A stretch of 64,000 bases of DNA from an uncultured cyanobacterium (GCA_963793425.1 CAWCAG010000009.1:608001-672000), one strand, 5' to 3'. Shown: positions 1-11,427, counted from the stretch's first letter. Notes: generated by a model not told the origin, from the sequence alone. A program made the numbers and translations.

Positions 1-1343
1 CATAAGTTGCCACCGGGTATGTAACCCTCATGTTGGTTGGGGTTCGCCCGATTTGCAGCATCCTTAAACCAGAGATAGGGCATTCCCGTTTCTACTTGGG
101 CTTTCATGATGGCTTTGAAAAGTTCACGGGCATTAACTTTTTTATAAAGTTTGATTTTTGTGTCTAAGGCAGCTTCAATTTGTTCGTAAGCTGCTTCAAA
201 TTTTTCTCCCCAAAGTTCAGCAAACTCAATACCTAACTTAGTGCGTATCTCGTAAGGATCGACTAATGTCCACTGTTCCTTAGCTACTACCCGTCGCATA
301 AATTCATCGGAAATGACTAATTGAGGGAAAATATCGTAAGCTTTGCGACGCTGATCTCCATTTTCCGTTTGCATCTCCAAAAATTCAGGGACATCAAGAT
401 GCCAGATATCTACGCTAACTGTGACAGCACCAGCCCTACGCCCTCCCTGATTAACGGCGATCGCAGTGTCATTGAGCAATTTGATCCAAGGAATTACCCC
501 CCCGGAAGCATTTTTCTTCCCCATCACCCAACTACCAGTGGCACGAATACGACTGACATTAACCCCTACACCACCACCATTTTTAGAAATTCTTGCTGTA
601 TCAGTAATGGTTGAGAAAATACTTTCTAAATTGTCATCCATAGCAGCGATAAAGCAGCTACTCAAAGAACCATTGGGAACTCTGAGGTTTGCTAAAATCG
701 GGGTGGCAAGGGAAATCTTACGAGTTGCGATCGCAACATAAAACTTCTCAGCCCAGCTTAGACGCTCATGGGGGCTTTCTTGGGATGCCAGCAACAAAGC
801 ACAGGTTAACAGGGCTTCTTGGGGCAGTTCGTCGTCAAGGAGATAACGATTGGTGAGTAGGACAGCCCCCGCATAATCATAGTCTGTGTCCCAATCTGGA
901 TTAATCCAACTACCAGCTTCTGTTAATTCTTCGGTGCTATAAACAGAAATGGCTGGATCATATTGGTTGCTTTTTACCTTGTCTGCCACTGTTTGGGCAT
1001 AATTACCATATTGATAACCACGGGCTACTAAGATATCTTTCCACAAACTCCAGATATGGAGTCTCCCGGCTACATAACGCCAGTCAGGTTCAGTAGGGCT
1101 ACACATTTCCAAAGCGCAGTTAATCAAGTTAGCTTGAATCTCTCTGGTGGTAACGCCACTTCTGAGGCGGGTTTTCAATCCAGCTTCCAAGGTGATAGGA
1201 TTAGCTTCGGTTCCAGCACAAGCCCAATCAACAACAGACCGAATTTTAGATACGTTGAGGGGCGCTTTCGCACCATTCCGCCTGATAACTTGAATATTAG
1301 CTCGATTGTCAGAGTTTACCGTTGTTGATAGGGTCTGTTGCAT
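1..1343 (-). CDS. nrdA: Ribonucleoside-diphosphate reductase alpha subunit (class I), 5' part; runs off window start
   Basis: Not in ORF track. Manual translation from ATG 1343 gives an N-terminal ATP-cone-like region (IQVIRRNG...WRYVAGRL), then SLATPILAN, SSCF, GGGVG, NQGGRRAGA, ETGMPY, and ends at the window edge in GNL-TG(x), the start of the catalytic NLCxE motif. Confidence 0.92.
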   Translation of the reverse strand, partial: MQQTLSTTVNSDNRANIQVIRRNGAKAPLNVSKIRSVVDWACAGTEANPITLEAGLKTRLRSGVTTREIQANLINCALEMCSPTEPDWRYVAGRLHIWSLWKDILVARGYQYGNYAQTVADKVKSNQYDPAISVYSTEELTEAGSWINPDWDTDYDYAGAVLLTNRYLLDDELPQEALLTCALLLASQESPHERLSWAEKFYVAIATRKISLATPILANLRVPNGSLSSCFIAAMDDNLESIFSTITDTARISKNGGGVGVNVSRIRATGSWVMGKKNASGGVIPWIKLLNDTAIAVNQGGRRAGAVTVSVDIWHLDVPEFLEMQTENGDQRRKAYDIFPQLVISDEFMRRVVAKEQWTLVDPYEIRTKLGIEFAELWGEKFEAAYEQIEAALDTKIKLYKKVNARELFKAIMKAQVETGMPYLWFKDAANRANPNQHEGYIPGGNL

Positions 1344-1402
1344 ACCTGATGAATAGGAGTTAATTTTGTTGATACTACTTGACTTGCAACTAAGCAAATC
1401 AA

Positions 1403-1460
1403 ACACCATAGACAGTGCAATGGATCAGTATTATACGCAAAAACACACTATTGATAGTGT
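1403..1460 (-). promoter_or_regulatory. Tandem NrdR-like boxes flanking a -10 element of nrdA
   Basis: ACACCATAGACAGTGC (1403-1418) and ACACTATTGATAGTGT (1445-1460) resemble the NrdR consensus acaCwAtATaTwGtgt and are 42 bp apart. A minus-strand TATAAT lies between them at 1430-1435. Confidence 0.75.
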
Positions 1461-1596
1461 TATTTTCACAAAGCCTACAGAATCAATCAGCTTAAGAGGA
1501 TCTTTCCCGGTTAAAAAGTTATTGCTGAACAGTTTTACACTAGAAATGGAGGATTTGAGTACAAATCTTATTTAATTTTTTGGCATTTCTGGAACT

Positions 1597-1980
1597 ATGA
1601 CTTTAAAGTATGAAAATTTGGTAGCTATTGATGAAGAACTTTCCCAGCGCTTCATTGAACTTGATCCGGCTGGTTATTTTATTATTTATTTAAACCAAGG
1701 GAAAAGTTTAATCTGTGCCGAACACTATACCAACGAGATTAACGAACAGGGTTTGGCAGTAGATCCTGAAACAGGAAAGCCTTTTCCTTGTGATAAACCT
1801 TTGCAGCGAACTCCTACAGCCGTTTTTACTGGCAGGACAGCGAAGGAATTAGGCATAAAAATTACTGAAGAAGCTCAACCTTGTCCTCTTTCCTATTTAG
1901 CTCATGCTCTTTATTTAGGTAGGGAGTTTGCTAAGGCGGAAATAGCTTTAGTTAATGGTACAGAATATATACAAGATTAG
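1597..1980 (+). CDS. DUF4346-type protein
   Basis: LDPAGYFIIY...FTGRTAKEL...HALYLGRE...YIQD pattern typical of this cyanobacterial family. Confidence 0.75.
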   Translation: MTLKYENLVAIDEELSQRFIELDPAGYFIIYLNQGKSLICAEHYTNEINEQGLAVDPETGKPFPCDKPLQRTPTAVFTGRTAKELGIKITEEAQPCPLSYLAHALYLGREFAKAEIALVNGTEYIQD

Positions 1981-2049
1981 TTAAGATTGCCGAAGGAATA
2001 GGGAAGACAACAAAAATTAGCAACTAGCAACCAGCTATTAGCAAAACAA

Positions 2050-2157
2050 TCAAGAAGCCCAAATAACTAGCCACAAAATTGCCCCAGCCACAATCCCTAA
2101 TAGAAAAAGACTAAAAATGAGACGGAGGAGGAAAAAGAAAGCTTCTTGGTCGTTCAT
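2050..2157 (-). CDS. Putative 35-aa single-pass membrane microprotein
   Basis: ATG 2157 to TGA 2050: MNDQEAFFFLLRLIFSLFLLGIVAGAILWLVIWAS. Below the ORF-track size range. Confidence 0.45.
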   Translation of the reverse strand: MNDQEAFFFLLRLIFSLFLLGIVAGAILWLVIWAS

Positions 2158-2240
2158 TTTTGGTTAAAATGCTGTAAGTTGAAACAGCCTTGATCATTGA
2201 GCATTAAACATTAAACATTTATCATTTGATAACTGAACAG

Positions 2241-2873
2241 ATGTCTTTATTTTTCCACGAACAACTTTACCGTAGTCCTGAATTGATGGGGAATCTTAAA
2301 GACTTTGCGATTACTATTTGTGGGGCAGGAGCTTTAGGAGCTAATATAACAGAAAATTTGGCTCGTGCTGGTTGTGGTAATTTGCGAGTAATAGACTGCG
2401 ATCGCATTGAAGAACACAACCTTTCTACTCAACCTTATTATAAGTCTGATGTTGGGGCATATAAAGCTAAAATTGTTACCAATAGTTTATATCGTGCTTT
2501 GGGAGTAGCTATAGATGGGCGTTCTCAAGAATTAACAGCAAATAACTGTCAGCAATTGTTAGCTAATAGTAGTTTGGTAATTGATGCTTTTGATAATAGT
2601 GTGACACGACAAATAGTTAAAGATTATTGTCTAAAAGCTAATTTACCTTGTCTTCATGCAGGGTTAGCAAAAGATTATGCTGAAGTAATTTGGAATGATG
2701 TTTACCGCATCCCTTCTGATGTTAATGATGATATTTGTGACTATCCTTTAGCCCGCAATTTAGTAATGTTAACCGTAGCAGTTGCTTGCGAAGTAATTAT
2801 TAGATTTGTTGCTACCGAACAACAAGAAAATTACACTTTAACATTAGAAGATTTTGCTGTTAAATTTTTATAA
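2241..2873 (+). CDS. ThiF/MoeB/HesA family adenylyltransferase (E1-like)
   Basis: GAGALG, IDCDRIEEHNLSTQ and DAFDN motifs. ATG 2241 preferred over TTG 2226. Confidence 0.85.
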   Translation: MSLFFHEQLYRSPELMGNLKDFAITICGAGALGANITENLARAGCGNLRVIDCDRIEEHNLSTQPYYKSDVGAYKAKIVTNSLYRALGVAIDGRSQELTANNCQQLLANSSLVIDAFDNSVTRQIVKDYCLKANLPCLHAGLAKDYAEVIWNDVYRIPSDVNDDICDYPLARNLVMLTVAVACEVIIRFVATEQQENYTLTLEDFAVKFL

Positions 2874-3007
2874 TCAAGAAAAAAGTAAGAGAAATCAGGT
2901 TGGGTACATTTCATATTTGTAAAAACACGCTTGGTCAATTGCCAAAACAATTTAATTTTTCAGAAGCAAAGTTGTTATTTTGAATTACTGCTCAAAAGGA
3001 GAGAAAA

Positions 3008-3580
3008 GTGTCTCAGGATTATGAAAATAAGTTTTGGCAGGAAGTTCGTCAACGCAAGTCCAAGAAACACAAGAAACATAGACAAAAATTCTTATTTGCT
3101 GCGTTAGGACTGATTATTGCGGGAATAATTTATTCTCTCCATCAAGGCTTCTATTTAGCCTTTGTGTTGTTATATTTAATGGGAACAATTTTAATAACGA
3201 CGCTTATTTCTCTGCGGTATCAGCATCTATCGAAAAAACAGATTGTGGGAGTTGCCATACTACTACTTGTGTTGGGTTTCCAGGCTAAACCATTCTCTGT
3301 TGACAGCCTTTTCACTCAGTTAACTATTCCTGATAATTATAGTAAACCAATCGAAGTTGGATTTACAAAAGTTGAGGACAACAAATTTTCCTTTCTTGAC
3401 CTGGTAAGCTTAGGTAAAAAAGAAAAGCAAGAAGATTTGTCATTGCAATGGTGTCCCCTTGATACAGTAGAAGAAGATGTTCAGGCAAGCTGTCAATTTC
3501 CCAGATCAGGTATTTACGAAGCTTTTATGTTTGTTGATAAGAAGTCTGTTGGGCAGCTCAAGTTCAAGGTGGCAAGCTAA
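3008..3580 (+). CDS. Hypothetical membrane protein
   Basis: Basic N-terminus, about 3 hydrophobic segments, beta-rich C-terminal domain; AGGAGA RBS before the GTG. Confidence 0.6.
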   Translation: MSQDYENKFWQEVRQRKSKKHKKHRQKFLFAALGLIIAGIIYSLHQGFYLAFVLLYLMGTILITTLISLRYQHLSKKQIVGVAILLLVLGFQAKPFSVDSLFTQLTIPDNYSKPIEVGFTKVEDNKFSFLDLVSLGKKEKQEDLSLQWCPLDTVEEDVQASCQFPRSGIYEAFMFVDKKSVGQLKFKVAS

Positions 3581-3601
3581 TCACGCTGTTGATTAGACTA
3601 G

Positions 3602-5635
<2,034 letters not shown>

Positions 5636-6185
5636 AGGGGATTTTTTCGTTGTTGTGGCGAAATGTTTTAATTTTTGATTGGAAAACGGTTTTTCAGGAC
5701 GCACCTTTTCCACCATATACATAATATCATGTCAAGTCAGAAAAAGAGCAATAATTTTGCGTCAATTTAGAATCAATAAGCAAAACTTTTCTTTCTTGTT
5801 CTCAAGGATTAAATGATTCAAACCTTAGCAGTTTTTGAGAGTGTTTATGAATTTATGTCAAGAACGCTTCCATAAGGTTTTGAAAGGGGTTTCTTTTGTA
5901 ATAGAATTAATCAAGATTTATAAACAATGATATTTTGCCTCTCTTATGCCTAAAACAATCTTTCACTGAGCAAAACCACCTTATAATGGGGCTTTGCTTT
6001 AGATTGAACAGGTTAAGGAGAGAGATTCTACAATAATACAAGCTATAATACAATCACTTCTTTTTGAGACTGCATTTAATCATCTATTGACAAAATTTTG
6101 CTTTAATAGTATCTTCCCTCTCTTACGAACCTGGCGAAAATATTATCTACTATTTTGAGATACCTACGAAATACCCATTCAAGTC

Positions 6186-6827
6186 TTAATCAAAATCCCC
6201 CCAATCATCAATGATTTCATATAAAACACTCCATAAAGCAGGATCAAGTTCTTGATTATAGGAATTAGGATATTGAGGAGAGGGCATAAAAACATAAAGC
6301 ATGAAGCGAGTACCTGCATAAGGACAGATTTTAAAAGCAAGGTTGCGCTTTGTTGTCTGAAATTCAACTACATTAGGGGCAATTCTTATTGATTTAATTG
6401 CTTCGGTACTCACACCATAATTATTCCTCAAAACAAAGTGTAGGCGGCTATTTCGACTCAAAACTGCTGTTACCGCAGAGGAACTATCTATGGTTTTCCA
6501 TACCTGGGGATAAGTCCACAAACCAAAACCCATCAAACCATTAAAAGCCAATTGACGATAGCGATCGCAGTGAAGAGGTTCAAGTTCCACTAAACCAATA
6601 GGTTGAGAATTATCGTAGCGCATTTGACAAACAATCACATCATCCGGCAATAGATCCAATTCATAAACCAATGCTTCTCCGGAATCCCTTTCCCAAATCA
6701 ACTCATGTCTCCCTGGAGGGACAGCATCAAAACCGCGAAATCCTCCCTTGATGTTTACTACCACCCCATCAATTTTTAATGAGGTTTTAGGAAGATTGCT
6801 TAAGACAATACAACCGTATCCATACAT
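6186..6827 (-). CDS. Hypothetical protein with AAR2-N-like N-terminal domain
   Basis: IVLSNLP...IDG...GGFRGFDAVPPGRHELIW resembles my recollection of the AAR2 N-terminal motif (LxxP..GID....FRGxKxIPPGxHF). Confidence 0.5.
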   Translation of the reverse strand: MYGYGCIVLSNLPKTSLKIDGVVVNIKGGFRGFDAVPPGRHELIWERDSGEALVYELDLLPDDVIVCQMRYDNSQPIGLVELEPLHCDRYRQLAFNGLMGFGLWTYPQVWKTIDSSSAVTAVLSRNSRLHFVLRNNYGVSTEAIKSIRIAPNVVEFQTTKRNLAFKICPYAGTRFMLYVFMPSPQYPNSYNQELDPALWSVLYEIIDDWGDFD

Positions 6828-6897
6828 TAATTTTCTTTCTCAAATAATCATACTAAACCTTACATTTTTAAAGAGCGATCGCACCAGCCAAGCTTAG

Positions 6898-7785
6898 TTA
6901 TAAAGATTCAATTTCTTGTTGAGAAAGTTGAGTTATTTTCATGATAGTTTCTATATCTAAACCTTGTTGTTTGCAAGAGCGAGCGATTTCTATAGTCTTC
7001 TGTTGTTTTCCTTCTTCAACACCTCTAATTTCTGCTTGTTCAAGTTCCCATTGTGTCTCAAACTCTTGGGTACTCAACATACTTGCTTCGTAACTCTTAT
7101 TCTGCATATAATGAGAGTAAGCAATTATTTCTTGTTCTGATAAATTGTTTACTCGCAAAGCTTCTTTAGCTTCCACCATACCTTTAGCCGCAAATTCTTC
7201 TTTGATATTGCTATTTTTAAGAAAGTAAATCCATTCATCTAAAGGGTTATTAGCTTCATCGTTAAAGTTGTTGACTTTCAATAGGTAATATTCAGGAAAG
7301 ATATCTGCTACTGCTTCTATATGAAATTTCACTTCCTGAGTTTTCAGAGGTTGAAGAATATCTCCTAAGTTAACTCCGATAAAATTACCACGATGATGAT
7401 ATATATAATCGTCTCCTACTCCTAAGTTAAAGTAAACTATATTAACTGAATAGACCTTTTTGATTTCGCCATACTTTTCCCCTTGCTTAAGATATTCAAC
7501 CACTAATCTCGACACGCCATAAAGCATCCGGTGAAAATAATCGATTTGGGCGTTATTTTGCACCTCAATGAGAATTAATTCCCCTTCTGGTGTTTCAGCA
7601 AGGATATCGACTCGATTGATTTTATCTTCTTCTGTCTCTGGATTGCCTTCGCTTTCGAGAAGGGTTTTAATAGTAAGTTCCTGATGTAATAATTCGCTTA
7701 AAAATCCTTCTAAGACTACATAGTTAGCCTTGTTGCGTAGTACTTTCTTAATAGCCCAGTCAAAGCGAATATGAGTGTTTGGCAT
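6898..7785 (-). CDS. Rpn family recombination-promoting nuclease / PD-(D/E)XK putative transposase
   Basis: RFDWAIKK, RVDILA...IEVQ motifs and the typical C-terminal EEGKQQKTIEIAR...GLDIETI..ITQLS helix-turn-helix tail. Confidence 0.9.
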   Translation of the reverse strand: MPNTHIRFDWAIKKVLRNKANYVVLEGFLSELLHQELTIKTLLESEGNPETEEDKINRVDILAETPEGELILIEVQNNAQIDYFHRMLYGVSRLVVEYLKQGEKYGEIKKVYSVNIVYFNLGVGDDYIYHHRGNFIGVNLGDILQPLKTQEVKFHIEAVADIFPEYYLLKVNNFNDEANNPLDEWIYFLKNSNIKEEFAAKGMVEAKEALRVNNLSEQEIIAYSHYMQNKSYEASMLSTQEFETQWELEQAEIRGVEEGKQQKTIEIARSCKQQGLDIETIMKITQLSQQEIESL

Positions 7786-7846
7786 TTTCTTGTACTGGTT
7801 CTAGCATTAGTTCTGTTTTAATTCTACTCTCATTACAATCAAGCCA

Positions 7847-9049
7847 CTAACTAATCTTTTTCTCAAATGAACTAAATATCGCCTCGCGAATTATTTTCAT
7901 GTCCCCGTTAATGTAGCTAATCCAAAATGATTTAATTTTCTCTTGTATATATTCTAAATCGCCATCTTCGTAATCTGAAGAAGTAAGAATCGGCACAACA
8001 CAAACTTGACTCCATCCTTCTTCTTTAAGTTTGCTTCTTTTCAATCCTTCTATATTCAACTCTTTAAGATATTCATATATTTCTTGTTTTACTTGTTTAT
8101 TTCCAGGGCTAATAACTAGGTGAAATTCGAGCTTTTGAGGCTCATTCCAAAACTCAAATAACAATATTCGCTGACTACTTGTCCATCTCTGACAAGTCTT
8201 CTGAAATGCCAAATCATCCCATTCTTTTGCTGCAAAACGAATCCACTGCTTTTCGTTTTCATCTTGTTCAATATTTTCTTCTTGTGTATCATCTTGAATA
8301 AGTTGCCCTATAAATTCTTCAATGTCTGACCGAAGATCCGGACGATGTTCGTAAATTAAATCAATAGCTTGACGATGCTGTTTGTAAATCTTGCGACAAA
8401 TTTCGGCAATATCTGATTCACTCATAAAATGTCTCCTAACTAAATCGATATAATGACTCATTGAAATATAAATATCTTCCTCGATACTTGATTTTTTTTC
8501 GTTACAAATTGCCTCGATAATATCGGCAATTGTTCCATAACTAAGAGATAACCACCTATGGTTAGAAGCCGCAATACCTTCTTTTGTAAGATAAATAAAG
8601 ACTTTTTTGCAGTTAGGAAACTCTTTATCAATTATTCCTTCATAATTTATGAGTTGGTTGAAACCTTCTGAAGAGTCAACTTTGTTTTCAATGGTGCAAA
8701 CCAAGCTATTGTCGCGAGAATAAATGAGAAGATCAATATTTTTCCATTCACGACGTACTTCAGCATCACCAAAATTTGCAATAGTAACTTCAATGCTGTT
8801 TAAAGGTGCATCTTTCGAGCCAGCTAAAATACTGATTAAGAGCTTTTTTAGAAATAAATCACCGATTTGATGTTTTTCAGATGGATCTAGTAAAAACCTA
8901 ATGAAATTAGAATGCTTAATCTCCTGGCGAACCATGCCAATGGCTTCAAAAATATTAAATCTAGATATTTTAGACTCTAGATGTTCCAACTCCTTATTAT
9001 CAACAACAAACCTTTCCAGGATTGCTCTTTTGTCTTGATTTGATGTCAT
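7847..9049 (-). CDS. PD-(D/E)XK nuclease family protein (PDDEXK_4-like)
   Basis: FNIFE...EIKHSNFIRFLLDP...VRREWKNIDLLI...IENKVDS..QL motifs. Confidence 0.85.
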   Translation of the reverse strand: MTSNQDKRAILERFVVDNKELEHLESKISRFNIFEAIGMVRQEIKHSNFIRFLLDPSEKHQIGDLFLKKLLISILAGSKDAPLNSIEVTIANFGDAEVRREWKNIDLLIYSRDNSLVCTIENKVDSSEGFNQLINYEGIIDKEFPNCKKVFIYLTKEGIAASNHRWLSLSYGTIADIIEAICNEKKSSIEEDIYISMSHYIDLVRRHFMSESDIAEICRKIYKQHRQAIDLIYEHRPDLRSDIEEFIGQLIQDDTQEENIEQDENEKQWIRFAAKEWDDLAFQKTCQRWTSSQRILLFEFWNEPQKLEFHLVISPGNKQVKQEIYEYLKELNIEGLKRSKLKEEGWSQVCVVPILTSSDYEDGDLEYIQEKIKSFWISYINGDMKIIREAIFSSFEKKIS

Positions 9050-9205
9050 AGGAACAGTTGATTTTTACCTATTAATAACCTTTTTGATAACCTTCAAGGG
9101 TTGATAAGCTAATCGGCATTTAAATTTAATAAGACATTTATACAGGGTAGCGACTTCAGCCTGAGTATATCCCAATTTAAATGATTAACAGCTTAGCTTA
9201 ACTTA

Positions 9206-9550
9206 CTAATTAATAGCAAAATCTGTATATTTCCGCATTGAGGGAGCGTGAAAAGCTAGAACAATATCTTGTTTGGGAACACCTAAAGCTACTAAAGCAT
9301 TAGCAATTCCTTCTTCTGTACCATCATGTTGAATCCAGATTTTGCCGTCTTTAATATCTAAATGTAAAACACAGCCATAATTGCGATCTTCATTATAATT
9401 CCAACCAACATTGACTAACTGATAATGGTCTCTTTCCGTATCAAAAATAAGTTGCTTTTCCACCGGAGATGGATATAAATTATTTTTTGTACGTTCTACT
9501 CTTTCTGTTAGTAGTTGTTGAATATAAATTCGATATTGCTCTACTGCCAT
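9206..9550 (-). CDS. xisI: XisI family protein
   Basis: DHYQLVNVGW...GCVLHLDIKDGKIWIQHDGTEEGIA...IVLAFH; overlaps the end of xisH. Confidence 0.93.
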   Translation of the reverse strand: MAVEQYRIYIQQLLTERVERTKNNLYPSPVEKQLIFDTERDHYQLVNVGWNYNEDRNYGCVLHLDIKDGKIWIQHDGTEEGIANALVALGVPKQDIVLAFHAPSMRKYTDFAIN

Positions 9551-9951
9551 TGAAGAATTACCTCCTCATTTGGATTATAAACTAATAGATTTATTTGACT
9601 GCGTTGCACAGTATTTTGAATAAATTGTAAAGTGAAAAACCTTCTGTAAACTTTGAGAGGCACTGCAAGGTAAAGCATACGATTTGGCTCTTGCTCTTCG
9701 AGAGCATAATAATAATCTAAGTATTGTCCATGGGCTGTATGGAATTCAGAAATTAGAGAAGGGCTAATGAAACTTTTGATTTCTACAGCTATTTTAGTAC
9801 CATTACGTTCGGCTCCAAGAAGTTGTTCGGCTCCTAAATCGATATACATTTCCACACCACCTACTGAAAGCTGATAAGGATCATGAGTAATTTGCCAACC
9901 ATCCTTTTGCAGTGCTATTTTCACCGCGTCATGAAAAACATCTTTTGCCAT
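9541..9951 (-). CDS. xisH: XisH family protein
   Basis: MAKDVFHDAVKIALQKDGWQITHDP...DLGAE...AVEIKSF...GQY. Confidence 0.93.
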   Translation of the reverse strand: MAKDVFHDAVKIALQKDGWQITHDPYQLSVGGVEMYIDLGAEQLLGAERNGTKIAVEIKSFISPSLISEFHTAHGQYLDYYYALEEQEPNRMLYLAVPLKVYRRFFTLQFIQNTVQRSQINLLVYNPNEEVILQWQ

Positions 9952-10079
9952 CTAAGGGAAGTAAGTTGAAGATAAAAATCATTTTATTTAAGTCTAATAC
10001 TTACTACAAAATCAATCAAATAATTTATATGCCACAGTAATCAAGCAATGCGATCTCTTGTTTTACCCATCACTTTTAA

Positions 10080-11327
10080 CTATTTCTTTCCCAGAGCATT
10101 ACCTGCCAACCAACCAGTTGTCCAAGCACTTTGAAAATTAAACCCTCCTGTTACTCCATCTATGTCTAAAATCTCTCCGGCGAAATGAAGTCCGGGACAT
10201 AATTTACTACCCATGGTTTTGAAATGAATCTCTTTTAAATCTACCCCACCACAGGTAACAAATTCTTCTTTAAATGTACCTTTGCCCTTAATTTTATATT
10301 CCCCTGCATTTAATTCTTGCACTAACTTATTCAGGGCTTTTTTTGATAACTCTGCCCAAGGTTTAGCTTCTGGAATACCAGCCGCAATTACTAAACGTTG
10401 CCAAAGCCGCTTCGGTAAATCAAAGGGACAATTAGTAATAACTTTGCGCTTAGGAAATTGAGATTTGACGGCTAATAATTGTTCTCGTAAACTTTCTTGC
10501 TTGAATTGTGGCAACCAATTAATAATCAAACTCATTTGATAATTGTGATCACTTAAAACTCTTGCCCCCCAAGCTGATAGTTTTAAGATGGCCGGGCCAC
10601 TAACTCCCCAATGAGTAATTAATAAAGGTCCTGTTTGGACTGGAGGCAATTCTTTATTTAAACCGGGAAATTGTAAGCGTACGGAAGTTTCAGCAACACT
10701 AGTTCCTGCTAAATCTTGGAAGCGAGGATCTTTGATTTTAAAAGTGAATAAAGAAGGTACTGGGGGAATAATTTTATGACCTAACTCCCTTGCCCAAGCA
10801 TAACCGGTAGGGTTACTTCCTGTAGCTAATAGTAAGCGATCGCAGTTTAATTCTCTCCCATCTTTTAGTCCTAATTTAAAAACTTTTGGTAGCTTTTGAA
10901 CAGTTCTAACCCCAGAACTTGTCCACAATTTAACCCCTGTTTTTAAAGCAGCTTGAGTTAAACAATCAACAATAGTTTCCGAACTATTGGTAACCGGAAA
11001 CATCCGCCCATCCGCCTCTGTTTTTAAAGCTACTCCTTGCTTAGTAAACCAAGCTACCGTATCTTGAGGTTGAAAGCGAAAAAAAGCTCCCCGCAACGCT
11101 TTGCCGCCGCGAGGATAATTTTGTATCAGTAAAGCAGGGTCAAAACAATGGTGAGTAACATTGCATCTTCCCCCGCCGGAAATACGCACCTTAGCTAAGG
11201 GTTTGCGCCCTGCTTCTATTAAGGTAACTTGAGTATGGCGATGGCTTGCAGCACAAGTAACAGCAGCGAAAAAACCTGCCGCCCCACCACCAATAACAAC
11301 TACCTGTAAAGTCTTTTTTTCAGTCAC
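10080..11327 (-). CDS. HI0933/YhiN family NAD(P)/FAD-dependent oxidoreductase
   Basis: IGGGAAG, KVRISGGGRCNVT, GRMFP, VTCGGV, GEILDIDGVTGGFNFQ. Confidence 0.93.
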   Translation of the reverse strand: MTEKKTLQVVVIGGGAAGFFAAVTCAASHRHTQVTLIEAGRKPLAKVRISGGGRCNVTHHCFDPALLIQNYPRGGKALRGAFFRFQPQDTVAWFTKQGVALKTEADGRMFPVTNSSETIVDCLTQAALKTGVKLWTSSGVRTVQKLPKVFKLGLKDGRELNCDRLLLATGSNPTGYAWARELGHKIIPPVPSLFTFKIKDPRFQDLAGTSVAETSVRLQFPGLNKELPPVQTGPLLITHWGVSGPAILKLSAWGARVLSDHNYQMSLIINWLPQFKQESLREQLLAVKSQFPKRKVITNCPFDLPKRLWQRLVIAAGIPEAKPWAELSKKALNKLVQELNAGEYKIKGKGTFKEEFVTCGGVDLKEIHFKTMGSKLCPGLHFAGEILDIDGVTGGFNFQSAWTTGWLAGNALGKK

Positions 11328-11362
11328 GTAAAATTTAGTTGAGGAAATAGGGGGACGAGAGG

Positions 11363-11390
11363 AAGTAACAAGTAATAAGTAATAAGTAAT
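11363..11390. repeat. Heptamer tandem repeat (AAGTAAT x4, one variant)
   Basis: Read directly; short tandem repeat type common in cyanobacteria. Confidence 0.85.
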
Positions 11391-11427
11391 TAAGTTAAGA
11401 ATGTACTATTCCCTATTCTCTTGCACG

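Noticed and set aside
321..1328. Plus-strand ORFs 321-614, 466-741 and 1056-1328
   Set aside because: Antisense shadows of nrdA.
1366..1575. 69-aa ORF
   Set aside because: Overlaps the divergent promoter and NrdR boxes, has a TTG start and shows no recognisable motif.
6867..6890. Minus-strand LAGAIAL* as a displaced tail of the HI0933 gene (WLAGNALGKK*)
   Set aside because: Only about 9 nt of similarity, next to a HIP1 site; not significant.
9065..9180. Minus-strand KLGYTQAEVA, an HTH-like fragment
   Set aside because: No start codon, an in-frame stop just upstream, and too short to support.
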